From: a virus
Lineage: Duplodnaviria; Caudoviricetes
Virus record (IMG/VR): IMGVR_UViG_3300042922_001463
Location: 1 to 59,244 of that record
Strand: one strand, 5' to 3'
DNA length: 59,244 bases
In this document: positions 27,730-36,185 of the stretch, one piece after another
How the letters are laid out: each line of letters opens with the position of its first letter
How positions within the stretch are numbered: position 1 is the first letter of the stretch
Program-made: the position numbers and the translations under genes
Notes under the pieces: model-generated
Seen by the model: the letters and a program-made list of their open reading frames with translations, nothing else
The model's database searches: none
What the model was told of the DNA's origin: nothing

Positions 27730-29600
27730 TCTCCCAGGAGGCGCTCGACGGCGTCTTCCGCTTCCCAGAACGAGCGCCCCTTGGGCTTCACGTTCTTGAT
27801 GGCAAAGCCGGTGGCCATGGCGATGGTGACCATTCCGTCGATACGGCCACGCGACCGCTTTTTGTCGAAGGCTCTGTTGTTCATGCCGTCCGAGGTGACA
27901 TGCGCGTTCGCAGCGCAGGAATAGGTCACCGGCGAAGCGTCAATGAGGATCGTCTTGTTCAGGATCCTGTCCTCGAGCGTCTCGGTGGATCGGGGCATGC
28001 AAAGTCGCTCGATCGGCTTCTTCTGCTCGTCGAGCTGCTTATAGAACAACACCCTCGTGCCCTGGCCGTGCGGCACCAGCATCAATCCGGTTCCGCGGAT
28101 GGTCTCGGGACCTTCATAAAGCCAGGCGACAAGCCCGACCTGCTCGCACGCATCCATGAATTCGCCGATGCCGGCAGGATCGAATGCGAGCCCTTGAACG
28201 TCATGGCTGGCGCAGAGCTTCGCCACCAAGGCGGCAACGAAGGTCTTATCGATCACGGCTCCATCGACGGCGGTGAGATGATCTTCCAGCACCCACCGGT
28301 CGTAAGGTGCCTGATCCGCCTTGACCCGCTCCGCTAGGCCGTTCTTCGTCGTCCAGTACCAGGTCTTCGCGTAGAGTTTCCCGTCCTTCAGCCAGACCGC
28401 GGTCAGGGCGGTGAGGTCATTTTTCTGCGACAGGTCGAGAGACAGCCAGCAGGGGCAGCCCTTGAATTCATCCGGATTGACCTTGCCCTGAACGGCCGAC
28501 CAAGCCTCCTCTGCAATCCAGAACTCCGTCGCGCCGATCGGAATGCCAAAGTACAGGCGCTTTACTGATAGCGACGTCGACAGGAGGACCTTGGCGGTCT
28601 TCACCTGGCCACGGATGTTCTCGATTGGAAAGGTGATACCAAGAGCAGGGAGCGCCTTCGGCCAGCACTTTTCGTTCTCGAAGACCGTTTCCCTATCCTT
28701 CGTGTCGACCCGCGCAACGAAGGCGAACGCCTCGTCGTCGTCGACCTCCCCTTTTGCGACCTTCTGGTAGAACTCCGAGTATTCGGTGCCGACCAGCTGC
28801 GTCGAGGATGGCGTATTGGTGCCGAGCAGCATGAGAGCGTCACCCGGCATCTTGCCGATAGCGCCCTTCCACACCTCGATCGACGTGTTGTTCTTGAACT
28901 CGTGGATTTCGTCGGCCAGTACCGCCGCCGGACGCGGGCCGGATATGGCCTCGCCGTTCGCCAGCGACTGGAATTTCGAGCTCGTTTCCGGATGCTCGAT
29001 CTTCCAGGCGTTGTCGAGCTCGCCACGGATGATGACCTCGCCGCGTTGCTCGAGGGTGTCGGTCTCGTCGTCGCCGGGTGGAATCGGCGCTCGGCACATC
29101 GCCACGGCGTCCTTGAACAGGACGTTTGCGGTCGCGCGGTCCTGACCGATTGAATAGACCTCCGAACGCTGGATGCCGTACCAGCCCATGAGGTAGAGGC
29201 CGATCGCCGCCATGAAGGGGCTCTTGGCCTGCCCCTTCCCCGTTTCGAACCACCCGTGCCGAAATCTCATGCGGCCCGTCGCCAGCCGCCAGCCGAACAG
29301 AGAGCCTCCGCAGAAGACGTGCCACGGCAGCGGGTGAAACGGTTTGCCCTGCAGCGACCCAGCCGTGATGCTCAGAACCGCCGGCATGAAGCGGAGAGGG
29401 ACCGCCGCCTTCTCCGGCCGCCAGAAGAGGCCCCGGCGCTCACCATCGCGGATGTCGCGGAGATGGCGCTCCGCCGCGTGACAGACCAACTCCCCTGCTA
29501 CGATACGACCGGCGACAACTTGCCTAGCCCAATCGGTCGTCGGGTCACTTGGATACTGGCCGGAGGAACTCGTCCGCGGCGCGCTGGGCTTTCTTGCCAC
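27726..29600 (-). CDS. terL: Terminase large subunit
   Basis: Walker A GKGQAKS, Walker B VLADEIH, nuclease LDLSQKNDLTA, RIDG. Confidence 0.95.
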   Translation of the reverse strand: MARKPSAPRTSSSGQYPSDPTTDWARQVVAGRIVAGELVCHAAERHLRDIRDGERRGLFWRPEKAAVPLRFMPAVLSITAGSLQGKPFHPLPWHVFCGGSLFGWRLATGRMRFRHGWFETGKGQAKSPFMAAIGLYLMGWYGIQRSEVYSIGQDRATANVLFKDAVAMCRAPIPPGDDETDTLEQRGEVIIRGELDNAWKIEHPETSSKFQSLANGEAISGPRPAAVLADEIHEFKNNTSIEVWKGAIGKMPGDALMLLGTNTPSSTQLVGTEYSEFYQKVAKGEVDDDEAFAFVARVDTKDRETVFENEKCWPKALPALGITFPIENIRGQVKTAKVLLSTSLSVKRLYFGIPIGATEFWIAEEAWSAVQGKVNPDEFKGCPCWLSLDLSQKNDLTALTAVWLKDGKLYAKTWYWTTKNGLAERVKADQAPYDRWVLEDHLTAVDGAVIDKTFVAALVAKLCASHDVQGLAFDPAGIGEFMDACEQVGLVAWLYEGPETIRGTGLMLVPHGQGTRVLFYKQLDEQKKPIERLCMPRSTETLEDRILNKTILIDASPVTYSCAANAHVTSDGMNNRAFDKKRSRGRIDGMVTIAMATGFAIKNVKPKGRSFWEAEDAVERLLGD

Positions 29601-29982
29601 GTTGCACCTTTCCGGCCTTGGCGCGACGAACAGGCGCTATGCCGAGCTCCGCCTCGAGCACCCGGATATGCTCATCCGCCTGGCGCATGATGGTCCAGTA
29701 GGGGCTGACCTGAGGGACCTTCGTCCGGCGTGCTTTGAGGATGGTTCCGTGCTCGGCGATCTGCCGTGCCGCCCGCCGATACTCGACGTAGAACTCGACG
29801 AGACGCTGCATCGCGTGGCCGTTGACGATCGCCAGCGTGCTCGCCCCCTTCATCTCGCGTTCGATGATGCCCCATCGCTCGTGAGCTTCGGCGATGTCGA
29901 GCTCGTCGGCGAACTGGGAGGTCCAATCCGGCTCCGGAGGAATCCCGTCGCCACCGTCGACGGAGGTAAGTTGCATCGTCAT
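29545..29982 (-). CDS. terS: Terminase small subunit (P27 family)
   Basis: PPEPDW...IAEHG...SPY...ELGIAPVRRAK. Confidence 0.88.
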   Translation of the reverse strand: MTMQLTSVDGGDGIPPEPDWTSQFADELDIAEAHERWGIIEREMKGASTLAIVNGHAMQRLVEFYVEYRRAARQIAEHGTILKARRTKVPQVSPYWTIMRQADEHIRVLEAELGIAPVRRAKAGKVQRGKKAQRAADEFLRPVSK

Positions 29983-29989
29983 CCCCTAC

Positions 29990-30100
29990 GGGGATGGCCG
30001 AAACCCCCCTTCCAAAATCTGCGAGCAGTGCGAATGCTTGACCCCATGCGGTCCGGGCCCCGGTCGCTCTAGAGATTTAGCACCCCCCCGGGGGTACTGC
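29990..30100. other. Probable cos / packaging-initiation region
   Basis: Between HNH and terS; minus-strand G-run followed by AAATCTCT...GACCG; position inferred from cos phages. Confidence 0.4.
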
Positions 30101-30478
30101 TCAGCCTCTTCGGTTCCAAGGGTGGTTCGGGTCGAGTGGCCGACCGTCGACCGTGCAGCCGCGCATCCCGCCATCGCCGCGTTCTTCGCGCTGCTTTGAG
30201 CTTGAGTGATGCTCGACGCAGAGTGGCTGCCAGTTGTGCTTGTCCCAGAACAGGGCTCGCGCCTTCGCCAGTTCATCGGGCGTGCGGGCCTCGGCAAGGC
30301 GATGCGGCACGATGTGATCGACGATCGTTGCTTTCGTCCGGCTGCCCTGCAGCGCACATCGACAGCACCATTCGTGAGTGCGCAGGAACTCCCTGCGCAC
30401 CTTGTCCCACTTGCTGTCGTAGCCGCGCTGGCGAGCTCCAGGTCGCACGCCGTCAGGTCTCCTGCTCGGCAATGCCAC
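30101..30478 (-). CDS. Packaging-associated HNH endonuclease
   Basis: RGYDSKW, CCRC, VDHIVPH, NWQPLCVEHHS. Confidence 0.9.
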   Translation of the reverse strand: MALPSRRPDGVRPGARQRGYDSKWDKVRREFLRTHEWCCRCALQGSRTKATIVDHIVPHRLAEARTPDELAKARALFWDKHNWQPLCVEHHSSSKQREERGDGGMRGCTVDGRPLDPNHPWNRRG

Positions 30479-30548
30479 GCCGACACCTCACCACGCGCCA
30501 GGCCCGGTGCTGCGTCGCCCATTCGTTCATGGCGGCAGTGCATTCCAT
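30453..30548 (-). pseudogene. Remnant paralog of the 2175-2354 small protein
   Basis: MECTAAMNEWATQH vs MECFAAMNEWAAGH; 29 of 33 nt identical. Confidence 0.55.
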
Positions 30549-30614
30549 CGACTGACCTCTTGGCTGGGTTCTGCCGAAGATGCAGGATCGGCGGGTTGTC
30601 AGGTGGGGCGCACC

Positions 30615-30815
30615 ATGGCCAAACATGAGAAGTCGCCGAGGGAGCGCGCTGCTCGCGCGCTATGTCGTCTATCCGGCAACCCTGAGAACGCGATGTTCGA
30701 AGGGGAGCCAATGTGGAAGAGCTTCCTCGATGAAGTCGACACGGTCTTGATCGCGGCACTCAGCGAGGAAGAATGGCGCAGGATCCGCGCCATCGATCCC
30801 CCAGATCCCGAATAA
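30615..30815 (+). CDS. Small hypothetical moron protein
   Basis: SPRERAARALC...PMWKSF; purine-rich RBS. Confidence 0.65.
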   Translation: MAKHEKSPRERAARALCRLSGNPENAMFEGEPMWKSFLDEVDTVLIAALSEEEWRRIRAIDPPDPE

Positions 30816-30833
30816 GGTTCCTGCCGCCAGGCG

Positions 30834-30859
30834 GGAACTGCCCTGCTCACGGACGGGTT
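30834..30859 (+). promoter_or_regulatory. EcfG / sigmaT-type promoter
   Basis: GGAAC-N17-GGTT about 30 nt upstream of the PRC-barrel gene. Confidence 0.6.
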
Positions 30860-30888
30860 GAGATGGCACACCATTAGGAGTGCCAATC

Positions 30889-31203
30889 ATGGACCACGCC
30901 AATCACGTTCGCCTTCTGCCCTCGGAACTCACCTCCGACGTTCTCGAGAGCGCACCCATCTATGGCCCGGACGACGAGAAGATCGGGTCGGTCTCTCATC
31001 TGCACGGCAGTGGGCCCGATTCCAGCGTAGTGGTGGACGTCGGCGGCTTCCTCGGAATCGGTGCCAAGCCGGTTGCTCTGCCGATCCAAGATCTGGACTT
31101 CATGCGCGATGAAAGCGGTGAGGTCCATGCCGTCACCCGCTGGACAAAGGAACAGCTAAACGATCTGCCAGAACACACGGACGACTCCAAGTTCTCTGCC
31201 TGA
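30889..31203 (+). CDS. PRC-barrel domain protein
   Basis: IYGPDDEKIGSV...VVDVGGFLGIGAKPVAL. Confidence 0.9.
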   Translation: MDHANHVRLLPSELTSDVLESAPIYGPDDEKIGSVSHLHGSGPDSSVVVDVGGFLGIGAKPVALPIQDLDFMRDESGEVHAVTRWTKEQLNDLPEHTDDSKFSA

Positions 31204-31237
31204 CTTTAACTCCCGCGCTCTTTCCCGCGCAGTGAAC

Positions 31238-31272
31238 ACGCCCGCTGCTTCTTGTACAGCGGGCGTTCGTTT
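31238..31272. terminator. Terminator between convergent morons
   Basis: ACGCCCGCTG / CAGCGGGCGT stem followed by TCGTTT. Confidence 0.6.
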
Positions 31273-31294
31273 CTCAGTTGGACACTTCGATCCT

Positions 31295-32209
31295 CTACCG
31301 CGCTCTCACATACAGATTGTCGTCATCGCGCTGATAACCGCCAATGGCAGCGGCGACGGCAGCGATGAATGCCCCGACCATCATAGAGAGTGCGGCAAGA
31401 AGGGCGAAGGTCGCGCTCGCCCTGCGGGCCGTATCCGCCGCCTGCTGCGCCTTCACCTTGGCGTCGTTCACCTGCTTCAGCACCGCATCAACCCGCGCCG
31501 TGGCGTCAGCCTGGGAAAGTCCTGTCCGCGCCGCTACCAACTGGCCAAGATAGGCCTTGTCGCCGGCCGAAACCTCGCCCGCCGCCGCACTGGCCAAGAG
31601 GATCCGGGAGGCCTGCGCCGCCGCTGCAGCGTCGCCCTCGGGTCCGGGTGCCGCTGTTTGAGCAGGATCGCTTGGGCGGAACAACGCATCCACGAAATAG
31701 GCAGTCGCGTTTGAACCCTCCTCAGACCCAGCGTTGGACGTCGCACCGGCCGAAGCGCCCACCGCAGCGCCGGAGGCGATCGTCGATGCAGCCTGCACGC
31801 CGGTGCTGACAGTCGACGAAATAGCGGAGCCTAGAACGGACACGACGAGCAGAGTGGCGAGCGCCCAGGCCAGAAAGCCATGGGCGGTATCGCGAAACAT
31901 CGCCTCGCCTGTCTTGGGTCCCGTCCACTTCGTCCGTAGGCGGCCGGTGAGATAGCCTCCTAGCCCCGACGAAAGCCACTGGACGACGACCAGCCAGATG
32001 GCCGTGGAGACAGCGAATGTTGTGACGCTGGCGCTCTCGTTGGCCCAAGGGGAAACCATCGTTAGCCCGATGCCCGAGCCAACCAGCATCAAAACCAGCG
32101 TCAAAGCCGAGGCGGCAACGGCGCCTGCGATGACTGGTCCCCAGCTTACAGCGGATGAAGACGATTCAACCGTCGCTGCGGTCGTCGTCGCTGAATATGT
32201 CTCGGCCAT
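31295..32209 (-). CDS. Multi-TM membrane protein (SWG.VIAG family, stress-regulon type)
   Basis: GGAGG RBS; SAVSWGPVIAGAV, GGYLTGRLR, RDTAHGFLAW. Confidence 0.8.
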   Translation of the reverse strand: MAETYSATTTAATVESSSSAVSWGPVIAGAVAASALTLVLMLVGSGIGLTMVSPWANESASVTTFAVSTAIWLVVVQWLSSGLGGYLTGRLRTKWTGPKTGEAMFRDTAHGFLAWALATLLVVSVLGSAISSTVSTGVQAASTIASGAAVGASAGATSNAGSEEGSNATAYFVDALFRPSDPAQTAAPGPEGDAAAAAQASRILLASAAAGEVSAGDKAYLGQLVAARTGLSQADATARVDAVLKQVNDAKVKAQQAADTARRASATFALLAALSMMVGAFIAAVAAAIGGYQRDDDNLYVRAR

Positions 32210-32307
32210 GGATTTCCTCCTGACTGAACAGCGCGAGAGCGTGTCATGGAGGGCCCAGGATCGCCGTCGTGCCGGCGGTTTCACGGCTCGTGAGTTCCGC
32301 GCCTGAT

Positions 32308-32333
32308 AACAGGAGGATGGTTACGAAGGTTCC
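32308..32333 (-). promoter_or_regulatory. EcfG / sigmaT-type promoter
   Basis: Minus strand GGAAC-N17-TGTT. Confidence 0.55.
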
Positions 32334-32357
32334 TTGGCGAGAGCGCGTCTCGGGCAC

Positions 32358-32388
32358 AAAAAAACGCCCGCAGCGGGAGCAGCGGGCG
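32358..32388 (-). terminator. Terminator of the leftward early operon
   Basis: CGCCCGC stem followed by T7 on the minus strand. Confidence 0.7.
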
Positions 32389-32471
32389 CATTTCGTTCCG
32401 ATCATGAATTTCGTCGGCAATTAGGACTGATTTGCTCGATCTACGCAAGAGGGTGCCCTCGGCTTGCGCAC

Positions 32472-33167
32472 CTATTTGTACGTGATGTCGAGCTCCCTTT
32501 CCTCGTGGCCCCACAATGGCCTATCCGCCCGCTGTGCTCGCACTCTCGGCTTCGGCCCGTGCTTCTCCTCCATCGGATCGTGCGGCCGCTCCATTCGCCA
32601 CAGGCGGGCAAGCTGACCGAGGCCGGCTTTCAGGACCTGGAGGAGCGCGAAGTCGATCTCGGCATCGCGAAGTACGACGCTCTCCATCACCGCGAACACC
32701 TGTCGCTTGTCCGACAGGCGCCGTATGGCATTCATGGCCGCGCTGTGCTGCACGAGCACGCGCTCCCGGCGTTCCTCGTCCGTCTCGCGCTCCGCCGCCG
32801 TCCCCGACCTCTCCGAACGATTGCGGCTGTCGCTGTCGACTTCATCGGCCACCATCTGGCCCATGGCCGAACCGGGCATCACCGGTGCGGCGAGCACCTG
32901 GTGAAACTCGCCGACCAGCTTGCGCCAGCGGTCGCCGGCCCAATACTCGGATTCCGTGATCTTGCCGGCGAGCAGCAGGCGGCCAAGGGCGTTCTCTGCC
33001 AGTTGGTCGCTGCGGCGCCCCTTGCCGAGCCAGGCGCGGTGCGGCTGCGAGAGCGCCACGTCCATGACGCCCCGAAGCCCACGGGCCGCGCGCTCGGCGT
33101 TCGCCTCGGAGAGCTTCCCCGACCGAGTGCGTCGCCCTTCTTTCCTCTTCCGTCCCTTGCGTGCCAT
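32472..33167 (-). CDS. Putative late-gene activator / antiterminator (Q position)
   Basis: Basic N-terminus, LGRLLLAGKITESEYWAG, C-terminal LKAGLGQLA; last early gene. Confidence 0.6.
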   Translation of the reverse strand: MARKGRKRKEGRRTRSGKLSEANAERAARGLRGVMDVALSQPHRAWLGKGRRSDQLAENALGRLLLAGKITESEYWAGDRWRKLVGEFHQVLAAPVMPGSAMGQMVADEVDSDSRNRSERSGTAAERETDEERRERVLVQHSAAMNAIRRLSDKRQVFAVMESVVLRDAEIDFALLQVLKAGLGQLARLWRMERPHDPMEEKHGPKPRVRAQRADRPLWGHEERELDITYK

Positions 33168-33182
33168 CGTCCCTCTCCGCCG

Positions 33183-34202
33183 CTACCGTTCGCCTGCCGC
33201 TTGCTGTCGCCAGTCCGGCCCGTCTCGGCTCGGTGGCCACTCGCTGGGAAGCCGCCTCCCGGTCATCTTGTTCGGACGGCCAGCAAATGGGCGCGCCGGA
33301 TAAACCTCCGCCCTCAGCGGGAGCCCGGCTTCATCGGCGACGGTCTGCCAAGCATCCCACTGAGGTGTGCCGAGCTCGACGATGACGCCGCCGGGGAAGT
33401 TCGGCTGGAATGACCTCCGCAGTGCGGCCACGCCGGGGCTGTCTGGCGCCCTCGGCTTCAGCGAGACGGCGAAGTTTTTGAACGTGCCGCGGAGATAGGC
33501 CGACGGGTCGGTCATTTTCCGGTGTTCCTTGGCACAGACTGCGCGGTAGGCCGGGATTGCTGCCACCGCGGCCTTGCACTCGTCCTCGGTCAGCTTGAGC
33601 CATTGGCGATGGCCGCGGTGCTTGGGCCATGCCTGCGAGGGGCCGTACTCAGCCAGGAAGGCGAGATAGGCCGGATCGGCCTCCCATCCCGCTTCCCCTG
33701 ACGAAGTCCCCTCGCCCACCGCCCCCTTGGGGGCTATGGGGGTATTTGTTCTCTTTTCCGTATTTGGTTCTTCTATATGCACAGCCTGAATAGCCGCGCG
33801 CGGCAAAGCCGGTTGTGGGTGGTGTTTAGGTGTGTCGAGAGCCACAACCGGATTTTCAGGCTGTGGCTCAACGCCGTCAGCATCGTCAGAGGCGCTATCC
33901 ATAGTGTCGGCTGGCTCGTCGTACACAACATAGTCGATGCCGTTGAATGCACGGGTGACCGGATCGCGGGTCCGTTCCCGTTTTATCCAGCCCGCGTCGA
34001 CTAGCTCGGCAACGACGCGCTGCGTCTTGTCTCGGCCGATCTTGAAGCGCTCAGAAAGATGGGCGAGTTCGACGTTCCAGTCCCCCGGCCGGGAGCGCAG
34101 ATAGCAGAGCACGCCCATGGCTTCCGCTGACAGACGCTCATCGTCCAGGACGGCATTCGGTAGGACCGTGAAGTTGCGGTTGTAGCGGCGACGGATGATC
34201 AC
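33183..34202 (-). CDS. Phage replication initiator (N-terminal HTH, lambda O-like)
   Basis: NFTVLPNAVLDDERLSAEAMGVLCYLRSRPGDW...ELVDAGWI; internal repeats. Confidence 0.82.
   Translation of the reverse strand: MIIRRRYNRNFTVLPNAVLDDERLSAEAMGVLCYLRSRPGDWNVELAHLSERFKIGRDKTQRVVAELVDAGWIKRERTRDPVTRAFNGIDYVVYDEPADTMDSASDDADGVEPQPENPVVALDTPKHHPQPALPRAAIQAVHIEEPNTEKRTNTPIAPKGAVGEGTSSGEAGWEADPAYLAFLAEYGPSQAWPKHRGHRQWLKLTEDECKAAVAAIPAYRAVCAKEHRKMTDPSAYLRGTFKNFAVSLKPRAPDSPGVAALRRSFQPNFPGGVIVELGTPQWDAWQTVADEAGLPLRAEVYPARPFAGRPNKMTGRRLPSEWPPSRDGPDWRQQAAGER
33743..33869. other. Putative replication origin inside the initiator gene
   Basis: Inverted repeat GAGCCACA...TGTGGCTC (33839-69); inverted pairs of CACAGCCTGAA and CCACAACCGG; adjacent AT-rich 33743-78. 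Confidence 0.55.
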
Positions 34203-34522
34203 GGATCTGTCTCCGCAACCTTTCCGGCTGCCAGCAAGTCGAGGACCGTGCCGATCGGGGAAAGCGCCCTGCCCTGCTCGTCACGCGATAGGCCGTGTCT
34301 CAGCACATCGGGGCTGGCGCCGTGCTGCAGAGCGATGGACGTCACCACCGCGGCGTCTCGGGCATTCACCTCGACATCGGTCCCGGCCTTCGGGCCACAG
34401 AGGAAGATCTCGCCCAGGCGGCCGTCGTCGTAATAACCGAACGTGGCCGTGTAGCTGATGCCCTTCACTTCGATCTCGAAGCTCTCGGCGGCGCGGCGGT
34501 CGGGGAGCAGTTCGCGCGTCAT
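34199..34522 (-). CDS. Stand-alone NrdJ C-terminal (TSCPD)-like protein
   Basis: RELLPDRR...YDDGRLGEIF...SIALQHG. Confidence 0.72.
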   Translation of the reverse strand: MTRELLPDRRAAESFEIEVKGISYTATFGYYDDGRLGEIFLCGPKAGTDVEVNARDAAVVTSIALQHGASPDVLRHGLSRDEQGRALSPIGTVLDLLAAGKVAETDP

Positions 34523-34635
34523 GGACGCCCCCCGACCGAGAACAGACGAGTTTGCTTCGAATTTTCGCGGAACCTTACGGCATGTGGGGCGTTCGCCGCT
34601 GGATCAAGGGTGACGCCTAAAGCGTGGGGACGACG

Positions 34636-34929
34636 GTGGAAATTCTCCGCAGACTGACGGGGACGGGCATGTTGCGCCCGCCCGGCATGGCAGCTGCCAA
34701 AGCTGAGTACTGGATCTCCGTAAGGCGCCGAAAGACCGGCCCAAAAGCCGGCGAGGTGATCATTGGCGGGCAGGTCGAGACCAATATGGCCGCGCTTCTC
34801 AGCGCTCGCGACGGTCGCGCCTGGCTGACGCTGGAGACCGGTGCGATCTACGAGGTGGAACTGCACCACCTCACCACCACGACGGCCGAGTTCCGCGTAT
34901 TGCCTCCCTTCGATAACCTGCTCGACTAA
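34636..34929 (+). CDS. Antisense-inserted hypothetical protein (paralog of 51346-51624)
   Basis: LTGTGMLR...AWLTLETG. Confidence 0.6.
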   Translation: MEILRRLTGTGMLRPPGMAAAKAEYWISVRRRKTGPKAGEVIIGGQVETNMAALLSARDGRAWLTLETGAIYEVELHHLTTTTAEFRVLPPFDNLLD

Positions 34930-35001
34930 AGCGCACTTGTGCACATTTGAGCCCGGGCCTGCGTCCGATAGAGTATCGTGCTGGGTAGGGAGTTCGCCGT
35001 T

Positions 35002-35244
35002 ATGCCCCATGGGCTGCAACTGCCACTTGCCAGACCGATCGTGTTGCAGGGTGATCCACCCCGCACGATCGACACTTTCTTGGCAGCTGTTGAGTTTCTG
35101 GCTTCGAGCGAGGGGCCGCGCTCCCCGGAGGTCGAGGCCACCATCGATCAGCTCATCGCCGCCGGGCAGAGCGGAGAGCCCTCGGCCGTAGACGACGTAA
35201 CTGACCGGCTCGTGCTGTTGCTGCGTCAGCGCGGGCAGTTGTGA
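35002..35244 (+). CDS. Small protein, DUF982-like
   Basis: PLARPIVL...TIDTFLAAVEFL; paralog of next ORF. Confidence 0.6.
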   Translation: MPHGLQLPLARPIVLQGDPPRTIDTFLAAVEFLASSEGPRSPEVEATIDQLIAAGQSGEPSAVDDVTDRLVLLLRQRGQL

Positions 35245-35325
35245 GGTGACGGCTCGGCCCTGCGCTTCTCGCGCCGAGCCTGCTGTCAGATGAAACCAGT
35301 GAGCGGCTTCGCGCTTATTGGCTCG

Positions 35326-35565
35326 ATGGCACCGCACTGGCACACACCTCTGCCCGAGCCGATAGCGCTCACGTCCGGAACGTCGCTGCACACGCTGCTC
35401 GACGTCGGTGCTTTCCTGCGCGCGAACTACGAAGGCCGGCGCACGCCTCCGGTTGAGGCCACTATTTCTGCCCTGCTGCGCGCTGCGGACACCGGTGATG
35501 AAGCAGACCGGCACCTCGCCTACGAGCGCGTGGCGCGCCTCCTTCGCTTCAACCGCCTGATCTGA
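35326..35565 (+). CDS. Small protein, DUF982-like
   Basis: PLPEPIAL...LHTLLDVGAFL; shares P.VEATI..L..A motif. Confidence 0.6.
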   Translation: MAPHWHTPLPEPIALTSGTSLHTLLDVGAFLRANYEGRRTPPVEATISALLRAADTGDEADRHLAYERVARLLRFNRLI

Positions 35566-35576
35566 CGTCCACGCTG

Positions 35577-36185
35577 TCATCCGGCCGCCTCCGTGGCGTC
35601 GAACTTCGTCGCTTCGTTGCCCCAGGTATCCCAGCCGGCGCGCGACTGCCGGGAGAAGACGGACACACGCCGCGCCTCCGGCCACGCCTTCTCAACGGCC
35701 GCGTAGAACTCGTCGGGCTTGCGGGAATGCTCCCTGGCAACGCCGTCGATCGCATCGGCTTCGAGCGTCTCGACGAGATTGGGGAAGCCGGCTCCCTTCC
35801 ATGACGACCCGGGCAGCCGCGCGATGATGTACGGCTCGTGGAGCGACCGGGCGACATAGCCCGTGCCCCAACGCGCCTTGCCTGACGGGTATCGCTTGGT
35901 CCATCCGCCGCCGGTCACCGGCAGCAGGCCCCAACCACGGATCACCTCGACATGGGCGCCGATCGCCACGAGCGGCCAGGTGCACCACATGATGCACACG
36001 CCGCCGGGCGCTATCAGATTGCCGACCGGCAGAGCCTTGATGTCCTCCAGCGACATCGTCTGGTACTGCGCCTGGGCGGACTTCTTCTCCCCCTTGGCCG
36101 AACGAAGGGCGAAGGTCCACGCGGGGTCGAGCTCGACCACGTCATAGGCAAACATCGACAGAGGGAAGAACGGCCAGCCGGTCAC
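35577..36185 (-). CDS. MT-A70 family adenine methyltransferase
   Basis: YDVVELDPAW, YQTMSLEDIKALPV, REHSRKP, FSRQSRAGWDTWGNE. Confidence 0.9.
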   Translation of the reverse strand: MTGWPFFPLSMFAYDVVELDPAWTFALRSAKGEKKSAQAQYQTMSLEDIKALPVGNLIAPGGVCIMWCTWPLVAIGAHVEVIRGWGLLPVTGGGWTKRYPSGKARWGTGYVARSLHEPYIIARLPGSSWKGAGFPNLVETLEADAIDGVAREHSRKPDEFYAAVEKAWPEARRVSVFSRQSRAGWDTWGNEATKFDATEAAG

